From assembly GCA_029865605.1 (NCBI GenBank), contig JAOUGE010000003.1:21797-85796 (forward strand): 64,000 nt of DNA, written 5' to 3'. Numbering within the stretch: the stretch's first letter is position 1; each line of letters starts with the position of its first letter. This document shows, one piece after another, positions 9,848-21,485 of the stretch. Below the pieces are notes generated by a model. The model made no database searches, was not told where the DNA came from, and was given only the letters and a program-made list of their open reading frames with translations. Position numbers and translations under genes: made by a program. This DNA is from Candidatus Berkelbacteria bacterium (GTDB lineage: Bacteria; Patescibacteriota; UBA1384; DTJR01).

Positions 9848-10399
9848 CTAAGCTCCCGTCGCCGTAGCCTTTACTGCCTTTCCGACTTTTCTTATTACTT
9901 TTTCACCCAAATACCTGATTCCCTTACCTTTATATGGCTCGGGTTTTTTAATAGCGCGAATCTCGGCTGCTACTTGCCCGACTAACTGCTTATCAATCCC
10001 CCTAACTGAAATAACATTCTTTTCTACCTCAAACCCGATCCCTTCCGGGGGGCTGACAGAAACATCATGGGAAAAACCGACCCGAAGCTTTAAAACTCCG
10101 TCTTCAATGCTAGCCCTGTAACCAACCCCAATTATTTCCAGGTCTTTCTGATACCCTTTTTCTACGCCTTCAATAGCGTTAGCAACTAAGGCTCTGGTTA
10201 AACCATGAAGTGATTTTGAAAGCTTGTCATCGGCCTTGCGTTTAATGATAATCCTATTCTCCTCAATAAGAAGCTGAACTTCATCCCTAATTTTGACCTC
10301 AAGACTTCCCAGCGGGCCATTCACAGCCAAAATGTGGTCGCTAAGTTTAACCTTAACGTCCTCGGGTATCGGTATTTCCTTTCTTCCTATTCTACTCAT
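9848..10399 (-). CDS. rplF: 50S ribosomal protein L6
   Basis: MSRIGR, GVGYRA, PEPYKGKGIRY. Confidence 0.97.
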   Translation of the reverse strand: MSRIGRKEIPIPEDVKVKLSDHILAVNGPLGSLEVKIRDEVQLLIEENRIIIKRKADDKLSKSLHGLTRALVANAIEGVEKGYQKDLEIIGVGYRASIEDGVLKLRVGFSHDVSVSPPEGIGFEVEKNVISVRGIDKQLVGQVAAEIRAIKKPEPYKGKGIRYLGEKVIRKVGKAVKATATGA

Positions 10400-10422
10400 T
10401 TTTTATCTATAGATTACGCTTT

Positions 10423-10794
10423 TTAATATATCTCGCAGATTAATTCCCCGCCCACGCCTATTTTTCTGGCTTTTTTGCCACTTAGCATACCTTTCGGTGT
10501 AGAAACTATAACCTCACCAAAACCACCCTTGGGTCTGGGAATATTTTTAGACTTAGCGTAAATTCTCCTACCGGGCGAACTTATCCGGCGGATTTTGTTA
10601 AACACCCTTTTTGCTTCCCCAATCATAATAACAGCTTTCCCCGAATCCTTTTTATAACCAGAAATATACCCTTCTTCCCGAAGTACTGCCAATATCGCCA
10701 TCTTCACATTAGAAAAGGGAACTTCCAGCTTATCTTTTCCGGATAGCCTAGCATTATTTATCCTATTTATTAAGTCGGAAATTGTGTCGTTCAT
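10423..10794 (-). CDS. rpsH: 30S ribosomal protein S8
   Basis: D.ISD..NRI.NA, RISSPGRR.Y, STPKG, GGELIC. Confidence 0.96.
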   Translation of the reverse strand: MNDTISDLINRINNARLSGKDKLEVPFSNVKMAILAVLREEGYISGYKKDSGKAVIMIGEAKRVFNKIRRISSPGRRIYAKSKNIPRPKGGFGEVIVSTPKGMLSGKKARKIGVGGELICEIY

Positions 10795-10795
10795 A

Positions 10796-10981
10796 TTACC
10801 ATGATGATTTAGTTATCCCGGGGATTTCACCGCGGGTGGCAAGCTCCCTAAAGCAAATGCGGCAAAGACCATATTTTCTTAAATAGGCTCGTGAACGTCC
10901 GCACTTTCCGCACCGTCTAACCAAACGGGTTGAAAATTTAGGTTTTCGCTTTGCCTTGGCAATCAGTGATTTTCTAGCCAT
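10796..10981 (-). CDS. rpsN: 30S ribosomal protein S14 type Z
   Basis: RC..CGR...[15 protein letters not shown]. Confidence 0.96.
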   Translation of the reverse strand: MARKSLIAKAKRKPKFSTRLVRRCGKCGRSRAYLRKYGLCRICFRELATRGEIPGITKSSW

Positions 10982-10982
10982 A

Positions 10983-11516
10983 TTATTTAAGTACAAACCC
11001 TAATCTTTTTAAGTAATTTTCGACCATCTGTTTATCTTTCGAATTCTTAAGGCTAAATGATATTGCCATCCCCCAGCTGAATTTTATCTCGTTGGGGTTG
11101 ATTTCTGGAAAAATCGCTTGCTCACGAACAGGGTAAGTAAAATTCATAGATTTATCAAAGTTCTTGCTTGAAATTCCGTCAAAATCCCTAAGTCTGGGTA
11201 AAACAATATTAATAAACCTCGAAATAAAGTCCCACATTTTGCCGTTTCTCAAAGTGACAGAGTAGCCGACTCTTTCACCTTCCCGCGTTTTGAAACCCGA
11301 TATAGATTTCTTAGCGCAAGTAAACCTAGGCTTCTGCCCAGAAATAAGAGCCAATTCTGACTCAATTTTCTGGCAATCTTCCTTAGAATCCTTGTGCGAT
11401 CCGATTCCCACATTTAATGTAACCTTATAAATTTTCGGCACTTCAGACACATTTAATCCAAGTTCCTTAGCGATTTCTTTTCTAACTTTGTTATTTTGCG
11501 TTAACATTTGTGACAT
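10983..11516 (-). CDS. rplE: 50S ribosomal protein L5
   Basis: ISGQKP...[24 protein letters not shown]. Confidence 0.95.
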   Translation of the reverse strand: MSQMLTQNNKVRKEIAKELGLNVSEVPKIYKVTLNVGIGSHKDSKEDCQKIESELALISGQKPRFTCAKKSISGFKTREGERVGYSVTLRNGKMWDFISRFINIVLPRLRDFDGISSKNFDKSMNFTYPVREQAIFPEINPNEIKFSWGMAISFSLKNSKDKQMVENYLKRLGFVLK

Positions 11517-11823
11517 CCAATATCTCTTTACAGTTGATACAAACCCTTCTCTTTTCTTTGCCGAGATTTTTGAACCTGGCCTTTGTCATTTTTTTGCAAT
11601 TCGGACAGATAATCCTCAGGTTCGAAACAGGTATCGGCTGGCTCATATCGATAATTCCACCTTGCGGATATTTCTTTGATGGCTTAATTTGTTTTTTGTA
11701 AATATTCACACCGTCAACAAGAGCCTTTTGGGATGATATAATAACCTTAATAACAGGACCGACCTTACCTCTATCTCTTCCTTTAGCCACGACGACTGTA
11801 TCTCCTTTTCTAATTTTCTCCAT
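11491..11823 (-). CDS. rplX: 50S ribosomal protein L24
   Basis: KOW motif GD.V.V..G.DRGK.G, GVN..KK. Confidence 0.95.
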   Translation of the reverse strand: MEKIRKGDTVVVAKGRDRGKVGPVIKVIISSQKALVDGVNIYKKQIKPSKKYPQGGIIDMSQPIPVSNLRIICPNCKKMTKARFKNLGKEKRRVCINCKEILDVTNVNAK

Positions 11824-12192
11824 TTACAAAGCCTCTCCTGCCATTGAAATTATTTTGCCAAACCCTTTTTCTCTCAATTCCCGCGCTATTGGACCAAAAA
11901 CTCGCGTTCCCCTTGGTGTTTTATCAGGATTAATAATAACCACAGCATTATCATCAAATCTTATGACTGACCCATCTAGGCGCCGGTAGGGGTGTTTTTG
12001 TCTGACAATCACTGCTCGGTGAATTTCTTTTTTCTTTACCATGCCCCTGGGGGTTGCAGATTTAACTGAAACAACAATCAAGTCCCCGATTCTGGCATGC
12101 GTTGATCTTCCTCTGCCCAATATCCTAATACAACCCACTTCTTTGGCTCCTGTATTATCCGCCGACTTTATTCTTGTTCCAACCTGGATCAT
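11824..12192 (-). CDS. rplN: 50S ribosomal protein L14
   Basis: [26 protein letters not shown]. Confidence 0.97.
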   Translation of the reverse strand: MIQVGTRIKSADNTGAKEVGCIRILGRGRSTHARIGDLIVVSVKSATPRGMVKKKEIHRAVIVRQKHPYRRLDGSVIRFDDNAVVIINPDKTPRGTRVFGPIARELREKGFGKIISMAGEAL

Positions 12193-12419
12193 TTTAATAC
12201 CTTGCTAACCTTCCATCTTTTCTTCTTTGAAACCGGGCGGCACTCAACAATCTCAACCTTATCGCCCTCGGCCAAATCAAAACCACGGCTATCGGCTATA
12301 AATTTCTTTTGCCTCTTAACCGATTTATGATAAATCGGATCCCGCTTGCTCCGATCCACAATAACAACGGTTTGAATATTAACTTTATCAATTTTTCCGA
12401 CTAATTTATTTAACGCCAT
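12189..12419 (-). CDS. rpsQ: 30S ribosomal protein S17
   Basis: P.Y.K.V, GD.V.I.ECRP.SK.KRW. Confidence 0.93.
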   Translation of the reverse strand: MALNKLVGKIDKVNIQTVVIVDRSKRDPIYHKSVKRQKKFIADSRGFDLAEGDKVEIVECRPVSKKKRWKVSKVLK

Positions 12420-12422
12420 TTT

Positions 12423-12614
12423 TTACCTAGATGATATTTTAGTTTTAATTCTAGCGATCTTAAGCTTCAGCTTTCTTATTTCATCCGAGTTTTTTTTACC
12501 GGAAGAAGCAATCTTTGCCCTTTCCTTTAAAATATTCCGCTCTGTTTCATCAAGTAAAGCCAGAAGGTCTTTTGGACTCATTTTTTTTATTTCATCAGTT
12601 TTTACTTGGGCCAT
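12423..12614 (-). CDS. rpmC: 50S ribosomal protein L29
   Basis: Position and IRKLK..IARIKT motif. Confidence 0.88.
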   Translation of the reverse strand: MAQVKTDEIKKMSPKDLLALLDETERNILKERAKIASSGKKNSDEIRKLKLKIARIKTKISSR

Positions 12615-12620
12615 AAAAAA

Positions 12621-13028
12621 CTACTCCCTCTCAACAATCGCTGTTTTCACCGGAAGCTTATTGGCACCTAGGCCAAGAGCTTCAAAAGCGGTATTTTTAT
12701 CCACGCCATCTATCTCAAAAATAATTTTTCCCGGCTTGACTACTGCTACGAAATGATCCGGCGAACCCTTGCCGCCACCCATTCCGACTTCATCCGAGGT
12801 CTTTGTCACCACTTTATCTGGAAATACCCTAATCCAAATTTTTCCTCCTCTTTTGCAAAATCTCGTAATTGCTCTTCTAGCCGCTTCAATCTGTCTCGAT
12901 GTTACCCAAGAAGCTTCTAGTGACTTAATCGCATATTTGCCAAAACTAATTTTACTTCCACGTACAGCTAAGCCACCCATCTTGCCGCGGAAATGCTTTC
13001 TATATTTTAATTTTCTTGGGATAAGCAT
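12621..13028 (-). CDS. rplP: 50S ribosomal protein L16
   Basis: [24 protein letters not shown]. Confidence 0.97.
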   Translation of the reverse strand: MLIPRKLKYRKHFRGKMGGLAVRGSKISFGKYAIKSLEASWVTSRQIEAARRAITRFCKRGGKIWIRVFPDKVVTKTSDEVGMGGGKGSPDHFVAVVKPGKIIFEIDGVDKNTAFEALGLGANKLPVKTAIVERE

Positions 13029-13660
13029 TATATGATTTTATCGCCGCAATTAATCCAAACCTTGATTCCGATAACACCGTATGTAGTCTTAGCGTGATAG
13101 GTCGCAAACTGAATATCTTTTCTTAGGGTCGTAAGAGGGATTGAACCCGATGAAAAAGTTTCATCTCTTGAGATTTCAGCCCCGTCAAGCCTTCCGGAAA
13201 TGGTTATTCTCGCCCCAGCCACTCCCGTTGCTATTACTTTCTGGAGAGTTTGCTTCGCCACACGTCTAAAGGGCATTCTCTTAGAGATTTGAATGCCGAT
13301 ATTTTGAGCTACGACCTGTGCGTTCGAATCCGCTTTTTTAATTTCAACAATTTCAAGTTTAAATTTTTTCTTCAGCATTTTAGTTAAATCCTCGCGTAGT
13401 TTTTCCAGTTGTTTCCCAGACCGGCCGATTAAGATACCTGGACGAGCCGAATATATAAAGATCGTCAACGCGCCGATTCCTCTTTCAATAATAATTTCTG
13501 AAATCCCGGCCTGGGGACCTGAAACCTGCTTAATCAGCTCGCGAATTTTATAATCCTCCAAGACATAATTCGCCATATCTTTTCCCTTGGCGAACCACTT
13601 GCTTTTCCAGTTGCCGTAAAGCCCCAGTCTATATGCTGTAGGATTAACTTTTTGTCCCAT
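13028..13660 (-). CDS. rpsC: 30S ribosomal protein S3
   Basis: [34 protein letters not shown]. Confidence 0.97.
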   Translation of the reverse strand: MGQKVNPTAYRLGLYGNWKSKWFAKGKDMANYVLEDYKIRELIKQVSGPQAGISEIIIERGIGALTIFIYSARPGILIGRSGKQLEKLREDLTKMLKKKFKLEIVEIKKADSNAQVVAQNIGIQISKRMPFRRVAKQTLQKVIATGVAGARITISGRLDGAEISRDETFSSGSIPLTTLRKDIQFATYHAKTTYGVIGIKVWINCGDKII

Positions 13661-14054
13661 TTTTTGCCTTTATCTTTTTCTCCACAATTTCTTTTTTCTC
13701 CTCTAACTCTTTGGGATCTGAAACCTTGCAAAGACTTATTTTAATATGAGAATGCCTTTTTGTAAAGCCTCTTGACCTACCCCTTGCGCTGACCATAAAC
13801 CTTTTTAGCCTTCTGCCTTCTTGGCATACCGCCTCACATAAGTAGAGATCCTGCGCCTTATAGTCTTTTTGCTTGCAAGCATCCAGGCCTGATTTTAAAA
13901 GCTTTTCAACTAATTTAGCCGATTTTTTATTAGTAAATCTCAGTAAAGACAAAGCGTCCTCGGCACCCTTCCCTCTAACCAAGTTAATAACCAAACGAGC
14001 CTTCTTCGGGCTAACGGGCTGTTCGCGTAAGCTAACTGTTGTTATTTTTTCCAT
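13644..14054 (-). CDS. rplV: 50S ribosomal protein L22
   Basis: [17 protein letters not shown]....KR.SHI. Confidence 0.95.
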   Translation of the reverse strand: MEKITTVSLREQPVSPKKARLVINLVRGKGAEDALSLLRFTNKKSAKLVEKLLKSGLDACKQKDYKAQDLYLCEAVCQEGRRLKRFMVSARGRSRGFTKRHSHIKISLCKVSDPKELEEKKEIVEKKIKAKNGTKS

Positions 14055-14355
14055 CGCTTTTTATTATTGGCTGAGCCTGTCCGGCGGTTTCTTGCTCTCT
14101 GGCCATTCTTCCGCCATGCTTTCTGAATTTCCTTGTCGGCGCAAATTCACCAAGCTTATGTCCAACCATCTCTTCTATTACCTTAACAGGCAAGTGTTCT
14201 TTGCCGTTATAAACCAAAAAAGCCAACCCCACCATTTCAGGAATAATAGTCGATCTTCTCGACCAAGTTCTTATCTGCGTAGACTTATCGGCTTTAGCAA
14301 TCTTTTTCAGTAAGTGTTCGTCAACGAATGGACCTTTTTTGAGCGATCTAGCCAT
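14032..14355 (-). CDS. rpsS: 30S ribosomal protein S19
   Basis: [29 protein letters not shown]. Confidence 0.97.
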   Translation of the reverse strand: MARSLKKGPFVDEHLLKKIAKADKSTQIRTWSRRSTIIPEMVGLAFLVYNGKEHLPVKVIEEMVGHKLGEFAPTRKFRKHGGRMAREQETAGQAQPIIKSDGKNNNS

Positions 14356-15191
14356 TATTTCTCCTTCGCCCTTTTCACAATAAATTTATTCGACCGTTTC
14401 CTTCTTCTTGTTCTTCGGCCCATCGCTGGCTTTCCCCAAGGCGTTTTGGGATGCTTTAAACCTATAGGATTTACTCCCTCGCCGCCACCGTGAGGATGGG
14501 CTGCCGGGTGCATCGCCTTGCCCCGCACAGTGGGGCGAACTCCCATTAATCTTTTTCTGCCGGCTTTCCCTATTCTGATATTTGAATGATCCGGGTTTGA
14601 AACTCGACCTATCGTAGCATAGCAGTTTGAATGAATTTTTCTTAATTCACCCGAAGGAAGTTTAATTAAGGCATAGTCGCCATCAACAGCCATGAGAGTC
14701 GCTGACGAGCCCGCTGCTCTAACCATATATTTCTTAGAATCAGGATAAATTTGGATATCGCAGATCTGGGCCCCAATTGGCAGACTTTTCAAAACCGATC
14801 TATTACCAGGCTCAGATTTTACTTTTTCAGAGGCTATTACCACATCATTTACTTTAAGTCCCTCAACCGCCAAAATATAAAGTTTTTCCTTGTCTTCAAG
14901 CTCCACTAAAGCAATAAAAGCTGTACGATTAGGATCATACTCAAGTCTTAAAACCTTTGCTTTTTTATTCAGATTTTGATCGAGGGTTGAAACCACCCGA
15001 TATTTTATTTTTTGACCACCCCCCCTGTGTCGCACGGTAATTTGACCTGTTTTGTCCCGCCCCGACTTCCTTGTTATGCTTAAAGTTAACCCCTTATGTG
15101 GTTGCCCTTTATAAAGAGCGGAACGATCAACAAAGCTCTGCTCGATATAGCCCGAACTAATTTTTTTTATGATTTTAAGCTTCTTGCTCAT
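14355..15191 (-). CDS. rplB: 50S ribosomal protein L2
   Basis: RHRGGG, EYDPNR, RP.VRG.AM...[12 protein letters not shown]. Confidence 0.97.
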   Translation of the reverse strand: MSKKLKIIKKISSGYIEQSFVDRSALYKGQPHKGLTLSITRKSGRDKTGQITVRHRGGGQKIKYRVVSTLDQNLNKKAKVLRLEYDPNRTAFIALVELEDKEKLYILAVEGLKVNDVVIASEKVKSEPGNRSVLKSLPIGAQICDIQIYPDSKKYMVRAAGSSATLMAVDGDYALIKLPSGELRKIHSNCYATIGRVSNPDHSNIRIGKAGRKRLMGVRPTVRGKAMHPAAHPHGGGEGVNPIGLKHPKTPWGKPAMGRRTRRRKRSNKFIVKRAKEK

Positions 15192-15505
15192 TTCTTAACC
15201 TGCTTTTCTCCCTTTAGCTGCTTGCTCTTCTCATCCAAAACTTCAAACCCGGTTATTTTCTCTCCCTTTTTTAATTCGACAATAGCTTTTTTTAACCCTG
15301 CTTCTTTCACTTTCCTGCGGGCAGTTTTCCGAACCGCAGACTTTTTATTAATAATCTTCACGCTCAACGGATTCACTTTAAATACTTTTTTGAGCATTTT
15401 TATAAGGCCGATCTTATCCAGTTCTTTAGATACGACAAAGGTATATTTCCCGTCTTTGGCTAAATTCACTGATTTTTCCGTAATATGGGGCCTTATCTTA
15501 TACAT
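15188..15505 (-). CDS. rplW: 50S ribosomal protein L23
   Basis: P.ITEKS, Y.F.V, KKAIV.L..G. Confidence 0.93.
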   Translation of the reverse strand: MYKIRPHITEKSVNLAKDGKYTFVVSKELDKIGLIKMLKKVFKVNPLSVKIINKKSAVRKTARRKVKEAGLKKAIVELKKGEKITGFEVLDEKSKQLKGEKQVKK

Positions 15506-16118
15506 CTTTGAACCTTCTCTTTAATTCTCCTGTCGCCTCTGAAGTAAAAATAAGTTTCAGGTTTTTACTTAAGTCAATCAAATTAATCTCTCCGAAGGAT
15601 TTCATCTCAAGTAACGGGAGGTTCCTCCAGGGAGCAAGGTCTTTAGACTCAGGGAGAGAAAAAACCAATAGGCTTCGACCGCTTTTAGATATCTTACCTA
15701 GCAAGACGGCAGCGTCTTTGGTTTTTCCACTCTTTACCTCGATACTATCCAATATCAAAATATTCTTTCTCTTAGCCTGCCAGCTTAAAACCTCGAGATA
15801 GGCCTTCAGCTTCATTTTAATTGGGATTTTCAGCGTTCTACTTTCACCCGTTGGGCCAAAGTTTACGCCGCCCCCCCTAAAAAGCGGAGACCTGATCGAG
15901 CCCGCCCTGGCGCGGCCAGTTCCTTTCTGCCTCCAGGGTTTTCTCCCCCCACCCGAAACCTCAGCCCTGGTCTTAGTTTTACCGCTTTTTTTAAAAATAT
16001 TGGCTTGTTCAACTCTCAAAACCTGAGAAACCAGAGATTCATCTAAGCCAAGATCAAGTTTCAAAACTTGGTCTTTTATCTTTTTGCCCTGATTATTAAA
16101 TACCTCAATTTTTGCCAT
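15498..16118 (-). CDS. rplD: 50S ribosomal protein L4
   Basis: TKTRAEVSGGGRKPWRQKGTGRARAGSIRSP. Confidence 0.97.
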   Translation of the reverse strand: MAKIEVFNNQGKKIKDQVLKLDLGLDESLVSQVLRVEQANIFKKSGKTKTRAEVSGGGRKPWRQKGTGRARAGSIRSPLFRGGGVNFGPTGESRTLKIPIKMKLKAYLEVLSWQAKRKNILILDSIEVKSGKTKDAAVLLGKISKSGRSLLVFSLPESKDLAPWRNLPLLEMKSFGEINLIDLSKNLKLIFTSEATGELKRRFKDV

Positions 16119-16119
16119 T

Positions 16120-16716
16120 TTATTTGCTGATTACAACAATGGATTTATTGGCTCCGGGAACAGAACCCGCAACCCAAATTTCACCTTCGTTTTCTCTTAT
16201 CGCGACAATCTCCAAGTTTTTGACTGAAGATCTTCGGGCTCCCATATGACCAGCCATCCTTCTTCCCTTAATTGTTCTTTGAGGATAAGTCGGGCCAATT
16301 GATCCTGGTTTTCTCCAGTTACACGATCCGTGTGTCTTCGGGCCAGTCGTAAAACCATGCCTTTTAACAGTCCCGGCAAAACCCTTGCCCTTAGACACAG
16401 ACTCGACCGAAACTTTCTCGCCAACCTTAAAATCGCTTATCCCGACTTCTTTCCCCGGCTCGTCTGTTGATTCCGCTTTATTTCTTTCTTCTTTTATCAT
16501 CCTTGCCGGACCTATTTTAAACCTCTTTTCTTGCGATCTAGGGGGTTTAAATTTCTCGTCTACCCAAGCAAATATATCAGCATTATATGAATCTTTTTCC
16601 GCATTTCTTTTGCCACAAAGCTGGGTTTTTTTTAATTTTAAAACAGTTACAGCTTTCTGCATTCCAGATTTATCGAATATTTGCGTCATTTGCATCTTTT
16701 GGGCAAAACACACCAT
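16120..16716 (-). CDS. rplC: 50S ribosomal protein L3
   Basis: MTQIF, SKGKGFAG.VKRHGF, PGSIG, MAGHMG, G.VPG. Confidence 0.96.
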   Translation of the reverse strand: MVCFAQKMQMTQIFDKSGMQKAVTVLKLKKTQLCGKRNAEKDSYNADIFAWVDEKFKPPRSQEKRFKIGPARMIKEERNKAESTDEPGKEVGISDFKVGEKVSVESVSKGKGFAGTVKRHGFTTGPKTHGSCNWRKPGSIGPTYPQRTIKGRRMAGHMGARRSSVKNLEIVAIRENEGEIWVAGSVPGANKSIVVISK

Positions 16717-16831
16717 AATTCCTCCCGGAATTTACCCCGCCTACGGCGGGACAATATTCAGGGCAAGCTTTAAATTAAGCTAGCCAGATAATCCCGCCAG
16801 AATAATTTCGGGCGGGAGCAATCTGATTGGC

Positions 16832-17152
16832 TTAAGTTTTTATTTCTATGTCAACCCCTGCCGGCAGTTCTAGGTTCATAAGCAGATCTATTGTCCTGTT
16901 TGTTATGTCCGAAACGTCAATTACCCGCTTGTGAACCCTTACCTCAAACTGGTCTCGGCTGTCTTTGTGAACAAAGGTGGACTTCAAAACAGTCGTCTTT
17001 TGAATTTCGGTCGGTAGTGGAATCGGTCCAGTTACTTTTGCCCCCGACTTTTCGACTGTTTCAACAATATTGGCTACCGCTCGATCCAAAATCCTATAAT
17101 CATAACCCCTTATTTTTATTCTGATTATTTGATTTGTTTTGGATTGGGGCAT
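16832..17152 (-). CDS. rpsJ: 30S ribosomal protein S10
   Basis: GPIPLPT, HKDSRDQFE.R.HKR, LPAGVDIEI. Confidence 0.97.
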   Translation of the reverse strand: MPQSKTNQIIRIKIRGYDYRILDRAVANIVETVEKSGAKVTGPIPLPTEIQKTTVLKSTFVHKDSRDQFEVRVHKRVIDVSDITNRTIDLLMNLELPAGVDIEIKT

Positions 17153-17176
17153 TTTTCAATGGACACAGATTCGGCT

Positions 17177-18361
17177 TTATTTGATAACTTTTGTGACTAC
17201 ACCTGCTCCGACAGTTCTTCCGCCTTCTCTTATGGCGAATTTCATCTTTTCTTCCATGGCAACAGGCACGATCAACTTCACCTTCAAGTTTGCAGTATCA
17301 CCCGGCATCACCATTTCAACACCTGCTGGAATTTCAGTAATCTCCCCGGTAACATCGGTTGTTCTAACGTAAAACTGCGGTTTATACCCCTTTGTGAACG
17401 GAGAGTGGCGGCCACCCTCGTCTTTACTTAAGATATAAACTTCGCCCTCAAATTCAGTGTGAGGGGTAACAGAACCCGGCTTGGCTAAAACCTGTCCTCT
17501 TTCAACATCTTCTCTTTCTATACCGCGCAGCAAAACCCCGATATTATCACCAGCGCGACCTTCATCAAGAAGTTTTCTGAACATTTCAACGCCGGTCACG
17601 ACAACTTTCTTGGTGGGTTTTATACCGACAATTTCCACTTCTTCGTTTACTTTTACAACTCCCCTTTCAACACGACCAGTTACAACCGTCCCTCGTCCTT
17701 TGATTGAGAAAACGTCCTCAATCGGCATCAGTAATGGCTTATCGATTTCCCGTTCCGGCTCCGGAATATAACTGTCCATAGCTTCAACCAGCTCTAATAC
17801 TGCCTTTTCCGCCTCAGGGTCGCCCTCCATCGCTTTAAGCGCCGACCCCTTAATAATAGGAATTTCATCACCGGGAAACTTATATTTTTTCAGTAAATCC
17901 CTTATTTCAATCTCAACTAGATCTAGAAGTTCCTTGTCTGTAACTTGATCTACCTTATTGAGAAAAACAATTACACTTGGGACCCCCACCTGCCTAGCTA
18001 AGAGAATATGCTCTCTTGTTTGAGGCATGGGGCCGTCGGCAGCCGAAACGACTAAAATAGCCGCGTCCATCTGGGCTGCCCCGGTAATCATATTTTTTAC
18101 GTAATCGGCATGACCGGGACAATCAACATGAGCATAATGCCTTTTTTCCGACTCATACTCCTGGTGGGAAGTGGCGATTGTGATTCCCCTTTCCTTCTCC
18201 TCGGGAGCATTATCTATGTCCTCAAATTTCTTAGCCACAGCCAGGTTTTTCTTGGCTAAAATCTGAGTAATAGCTGCCGTTAAAGTAGTTTTGCCATGAT
18301 CAACATGACCAATTGTTCCCACATTGATATGCGGTTTTGTCCTTTCGAACTTTTCTGCCAT
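17177..18361 (-). CDS. tuf: Elongation factor Tu
   Basis: [36 protein letters not shown]. Confidence 0.99.
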   Translation of the reverse strand: MAEKFERTKPHINVGTIGHVDHGKTTLTAAITQILAKKNLAVAKKFEDIDNAPEEKERGITIATSHQEYESEKRHYAHVDCPGHADYVKNMITGAAQMDAAILVVSAADGPMPQTREHILLARQVGVPSVIVFLNKVDQVTDKELLDLVEIEIRDLLKKYKFPGDEIPIIKGSALKAMEGDPEAEKAVLELVEAMDSYIPEPEREIDKPLLMPIEDVFSIKGRGTVVTGRVERGVVKVNEEVEIVGIKPTKKVVVTGVEMFRKLLDEGRAGDNIGVLLRGIEREDVERGQVLAKPGSVTPHTEFEGEVYILSKDEGGRHSPFTKGYKPQFYVRTTDVTGEITEIPAGVEMVMPGDTANLKVKLIVPVAMEEKMKFAIREGGRTVGAGVVTKVIK

Positions 18362-18421
18362 CTCGTTCTCCTTTACTTCACTTATTTTACACTAAATTTA
18401 TACCCTAAAAGGCTAAAAATG

Positions 18422-20530
18422 TCAACTTAGACTTTTCGATCCGACCCTTTTGCTTATAATCGATTCGGCAATATTATGAGGAACGGTCTCATACTTCAAA
18501 AATTCCATCGTGTAACTCGCTCTACCTTGAGTCAAAGAGCGCAACGACGTGGCATAGCCGAACATCTCACCAAGAGAGACTTCGGCGGGAACTATTTTAG
18601 CGTTACCCCTGTCTGTAACCTGACCAATCTGAGCCCGCTTCGAATTTAAATCACCCAAAACATCGCCCATAAATTCTTCTGGGGTGACTACCTCCACCTT
18701 CATTATCGGTTCGAGTACTACCGGATCAGCCGATTTTACCGCGTCCTGGACAGCCATTGACCCGGCAATCTGGAATGCCAGCTCTGACGAGTCAACTTCA
18801 TGATAAGAGCCGTCATATAAAGTAACGGAAATATCAACGACCGGGTAGCCTGCGATTACGCCCTTACCCAAAGCTTTTGTGACGCCATCTTCCACGGCGG
18901 GTATGAACTCTTTTGGTATTGCTCCGCCGAAAATTTTATTGATAAATTCATTGCCCTGGCCCCTCTCACGCGGTGCAATCTCAAGTAAAACATGTCCATA
19001 CTGACCACGCCCACCGGTTTGTCGGATAAACTTACCCTCCGCTTTAGTACCTTTCATTACCGTTTCGCGATAGGCAACCTGAGGAGCACCGACATTCGCC
19101 TCAACGCTAAACTCCCTTTTTAACCGGTCAACTATAATCTCAAGATGCAATTCGCCCATGCCAGCAATTAGAGTTTGGTTTGACTCCTGATCGGTTTTTA
19201 TCCTAAAAGTTGGATCCTCTTCGGCTAATCTACCCAAGGCCAGGCCCATCTTTGCCTGGTCGACTTTAGTTTTTGGTTCAATTGCAATTTCAATGACCGG
19301 TTCAGGAAAGATAATGCTTTCAAGCCTAACTTTATAGCCCTGAATAGCAAGAGTATCGCCTGTGGTCGTATTCTTAAGACCAACGATAGCCGCAATGTCT
19401 CCGGAGGTAATTTCTTCGATGTCCTCACGGTGGTTAGCATGCATTCTTAAAATACGACCGACCCTCTCTTTTTCACCATTAGTCGTATTAATAACATAAG
19501 ACCCGGCCTTGAGCATTCCGGAATAAACCCTAATAAAACTTAATCTCCCGACGTATGGGTCTGTGGCGATTTTGAATGCCAAGGCGCAAAATGGCTCATC
19601 GTCTGAAGTCTTAATTTCCACTTCCTCGTCGTTGTCTGGGTTAAACCCCTTGGCCGGAGGAACTTCAAGAGGGTTGGGGAGATAATCCACGATAGCATCC
19701 AATAAAAGCTGGACGCCTTTATTTTTTAAAGCGGAACCGCATAAAACTGGTACAAGTGAGTTACTTATTGTGGCTTCTCTTATGCCTTGGCGCAGTTCGT
19801 CTTCAGATAATTTACCCTCATTCAGATATTTATTAAGAAGGGTTTCTGAACATTCAGCGACCTTTTCGTCAAGTTTGTTTTTCCATTTTTTCGTCTCGTC
19901 GAGAAGTTCAGCGGGAATTTCAACCTCTTTAATCACCTGCCCCAAATCATCTTGATACTCAAAGGCAGTCATTCTAACAAGGTCTACCAAACCTCTGAAT
20001 TTTTCTTCGATACCAATCGGCAGCTGAAGAGGAACAGCATTCGAACCGAGCCGATCTAAAATTGACTGGTAAGATTTATAGAAATCCGCGCCAGTTCGAT
20101 CAAGTTTATTAATAAAACAAACCCTCGGAACGCGATATTTTTCCGCCTGGCGCCAGACGGTTTCCGACTGGGGCTCAACACCGGCCACACCATCAAAAAC
20201 AACCACTCCACCGTCAAGCACTCTAAGCGACCGCTCAACCTCTACGGTAAAATCAACATGGCCCGGTGTGTCAATTATATTTATTCGGTTTTTGTTTTTC
20301 TCATCCCCTCGAGGCGTCCAAAAACAAGTTGTAGCCGCTGAAGTAATCGTAATCCCCCGCTCTTTTTCTTGTTCCATCCAATCCATCTCCGCCTTCCCCT
20401 CGTGGACTTCGCCAATTTTGTGTTTTTTCCCAGTGTAAAAAAGAACCCTTTCGGTCACGGTAGTTTTACCGGCATCTATATGGGCGATTATTCCTATATT
20501 CCTGGTTTTCTCAAGCGGATATTCTCTCAT
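18422..20530 (-). CDS. fusA: Elongation factor G
   Basis: [36 protein letters not shown]. Confidence 0.99.
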   Translation of the reverse strand: MREYPLEKTRNIGIIAHIDAGKTTVTERVLFYTGKKHKIGEVHEGKAEMDWMEQEKERGITITSAATTCFWTPRGDEKNKNRINIIDTPGHVDFTVEVERSLRVLDGGVVVFDGVAGVEPQSETVWRQAEKYRVPRVCFINKLDRTGADFYKSYQSILDRLGSNAVPLQLPIGIEEKFRGLVDLVRMTAFEYQDDLGQVIKEVEIPAELLDETKKWKNKLDEKVAECSETLLNKYLNEGKLSEDELRQGIREATISNSLVPVLCGSALKNKGVQLLLDAIVDYLPNPLEVPPAKGFNPDNDEEVEIKTSDDEPFCALAFKIATDPYVGRLSFIRVYSGMLKAGSYVINTTNGEKERVGRILRMHANHREDIEEITSGDIAAIVGLKNTTTGDTLAIQGYKVRLESIIFPEPVIEIAIEPKTKVDQAKMGLALGRLAEEDPTFRIKTDQESNQTLIAGMGELHLEIIVDRLKREFSVEANVGAPQVAYRETVMKGTKAEGKFIRQTGGRGQYGHVLLEIAPRERGQGNEFINKIFGGAIPKEFIPAVEDGVTKALGKGVIAGYPVVDISVTLYDGSYHEVDSSELAFQIAGSMAVQDAVKSADPVVLEPIMKVEVVTPEEFMGDVLGDLNSKRAQIGQVTDRGNAKIVPAEVSLGEMFGYATSLRSLTQGRASYTMEFLKYETVPHNIAESIISKRVGSKSLS

Positions 20531-20561
20531 ATTTAAAATTACCCCTTCAGTCGAATAATAT

Positions 20562-21038
20562 TCATCTTAATCGAGCGAAGTGGGCGAAGGCGCGGTTCGC
20601 CTCAGCCATCTTGTGGGTGTCTGCTCTTTTCTTGAGTGAATAACTAGCGCCGGATAAAATCTCACAATATTCCTCGGCTAGCTTTTTGGCCATGGGAAGA
20701 CCCTTCTTAGACTTAGCGCCCTCGATTATCCAACGCATAGCCAGCGCTGTTCTTCTTGGTTCTTTAACCTCCATTGGTATTTGATAATTTGCCCCGCCTA
20801 TCCTTCTAGAACGAACTTCAACGGAAGGCGCGACAGCTATAATTACTTGATTAAAAATATCGAGCGGCTCTTTCTTCAACTTTGCCGAAGCTTCATCAAG
20901 CGATGAGTAGACGATCTTCTCGGCCACCGATTTTTTCCCTCTTTCCATAACATAATTGATAAATTTAGCCAATGCCGAAGACACGAACCTCTTATCGGGT
21001 TCAATCGTTTTCCTTTTGTACCCTGATTTTCCTCTCAT
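20562..21038 (-). CDS. rpsG: 30S ribosomal protein S7
   Basis: [26 protein letters not shown]. Confidence 0.97.
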   Translation of the reverse strand: MRGKSGYKRKTIEPDKRFVSSALAKFINYVMERGKKSVAEKIVYSSLDEASAKLKKEPLDIFNQVIIAVAPSVEVRSRRIGGANYQIPMEVKEPRRTALAMRWIIEGAKSKKGLPMAKKLAEEYCEILSGASYSLKKRADTHKMAEANRAFAHFARLR

Positions 21039-21040
21039 CC

Positions 21041-21460
21041 TTACGCCTTGCCTTTGCCCACACCATACTTTGAACGACTGGATTTTCTGCTCTCAACACC
21101 TAAAGTATCAATCTTTCCCCTCACGATATGGTATCTAACCCCCGGCAGATCCTTAACCCGTCCGCCCCTAATCAAGACAACCGAATGCTCCTGGAGATTA
21201 TGGCCTATTCCTGGTATATAAGCCGTTACCTCTTGGCCATTGCTCAAACGCACCTTAGCAATTTTTCTTAAGGCCGAATTAGGCTTTTTAGGCGTCATTG
21301 TAGTTACTTTTGTGCAAACGCCTCTTTTAAAAGGATTCGACTTCTTTTCGATTTTGGGTTTGTTTTTTAGATAATTAAAATTCCTCGCCAAAGCAGGCGA
21401 TTTACTCTTTTTTAGCTGTTTTTTTCTTCGCTTCTTTAGAAGCTGGTTAACTGTAGGCAT
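21041..21460 (-). CDS. rpsL: 30S ribosomal protein S12
   Basis: [29 protein letters not shown]. Confidence 0.98.
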   Translation of the reverse strand: MPTVNQLLKKRRKKQLKKSKSPALARNFNYLKNKPKIEKKSNPFKRGVCTKVTTMTPKKPNSALRKIAKVRLSNGQEVTAYIPGIGHNLQEHSVVLIRGGRVKDLPGVRYHIVRGKIDTLGVESRKSSRSKYGVGKGKA

Positions 21461-21485
21461 ATTTCCTTCGGTCAAACTTTTTAAT

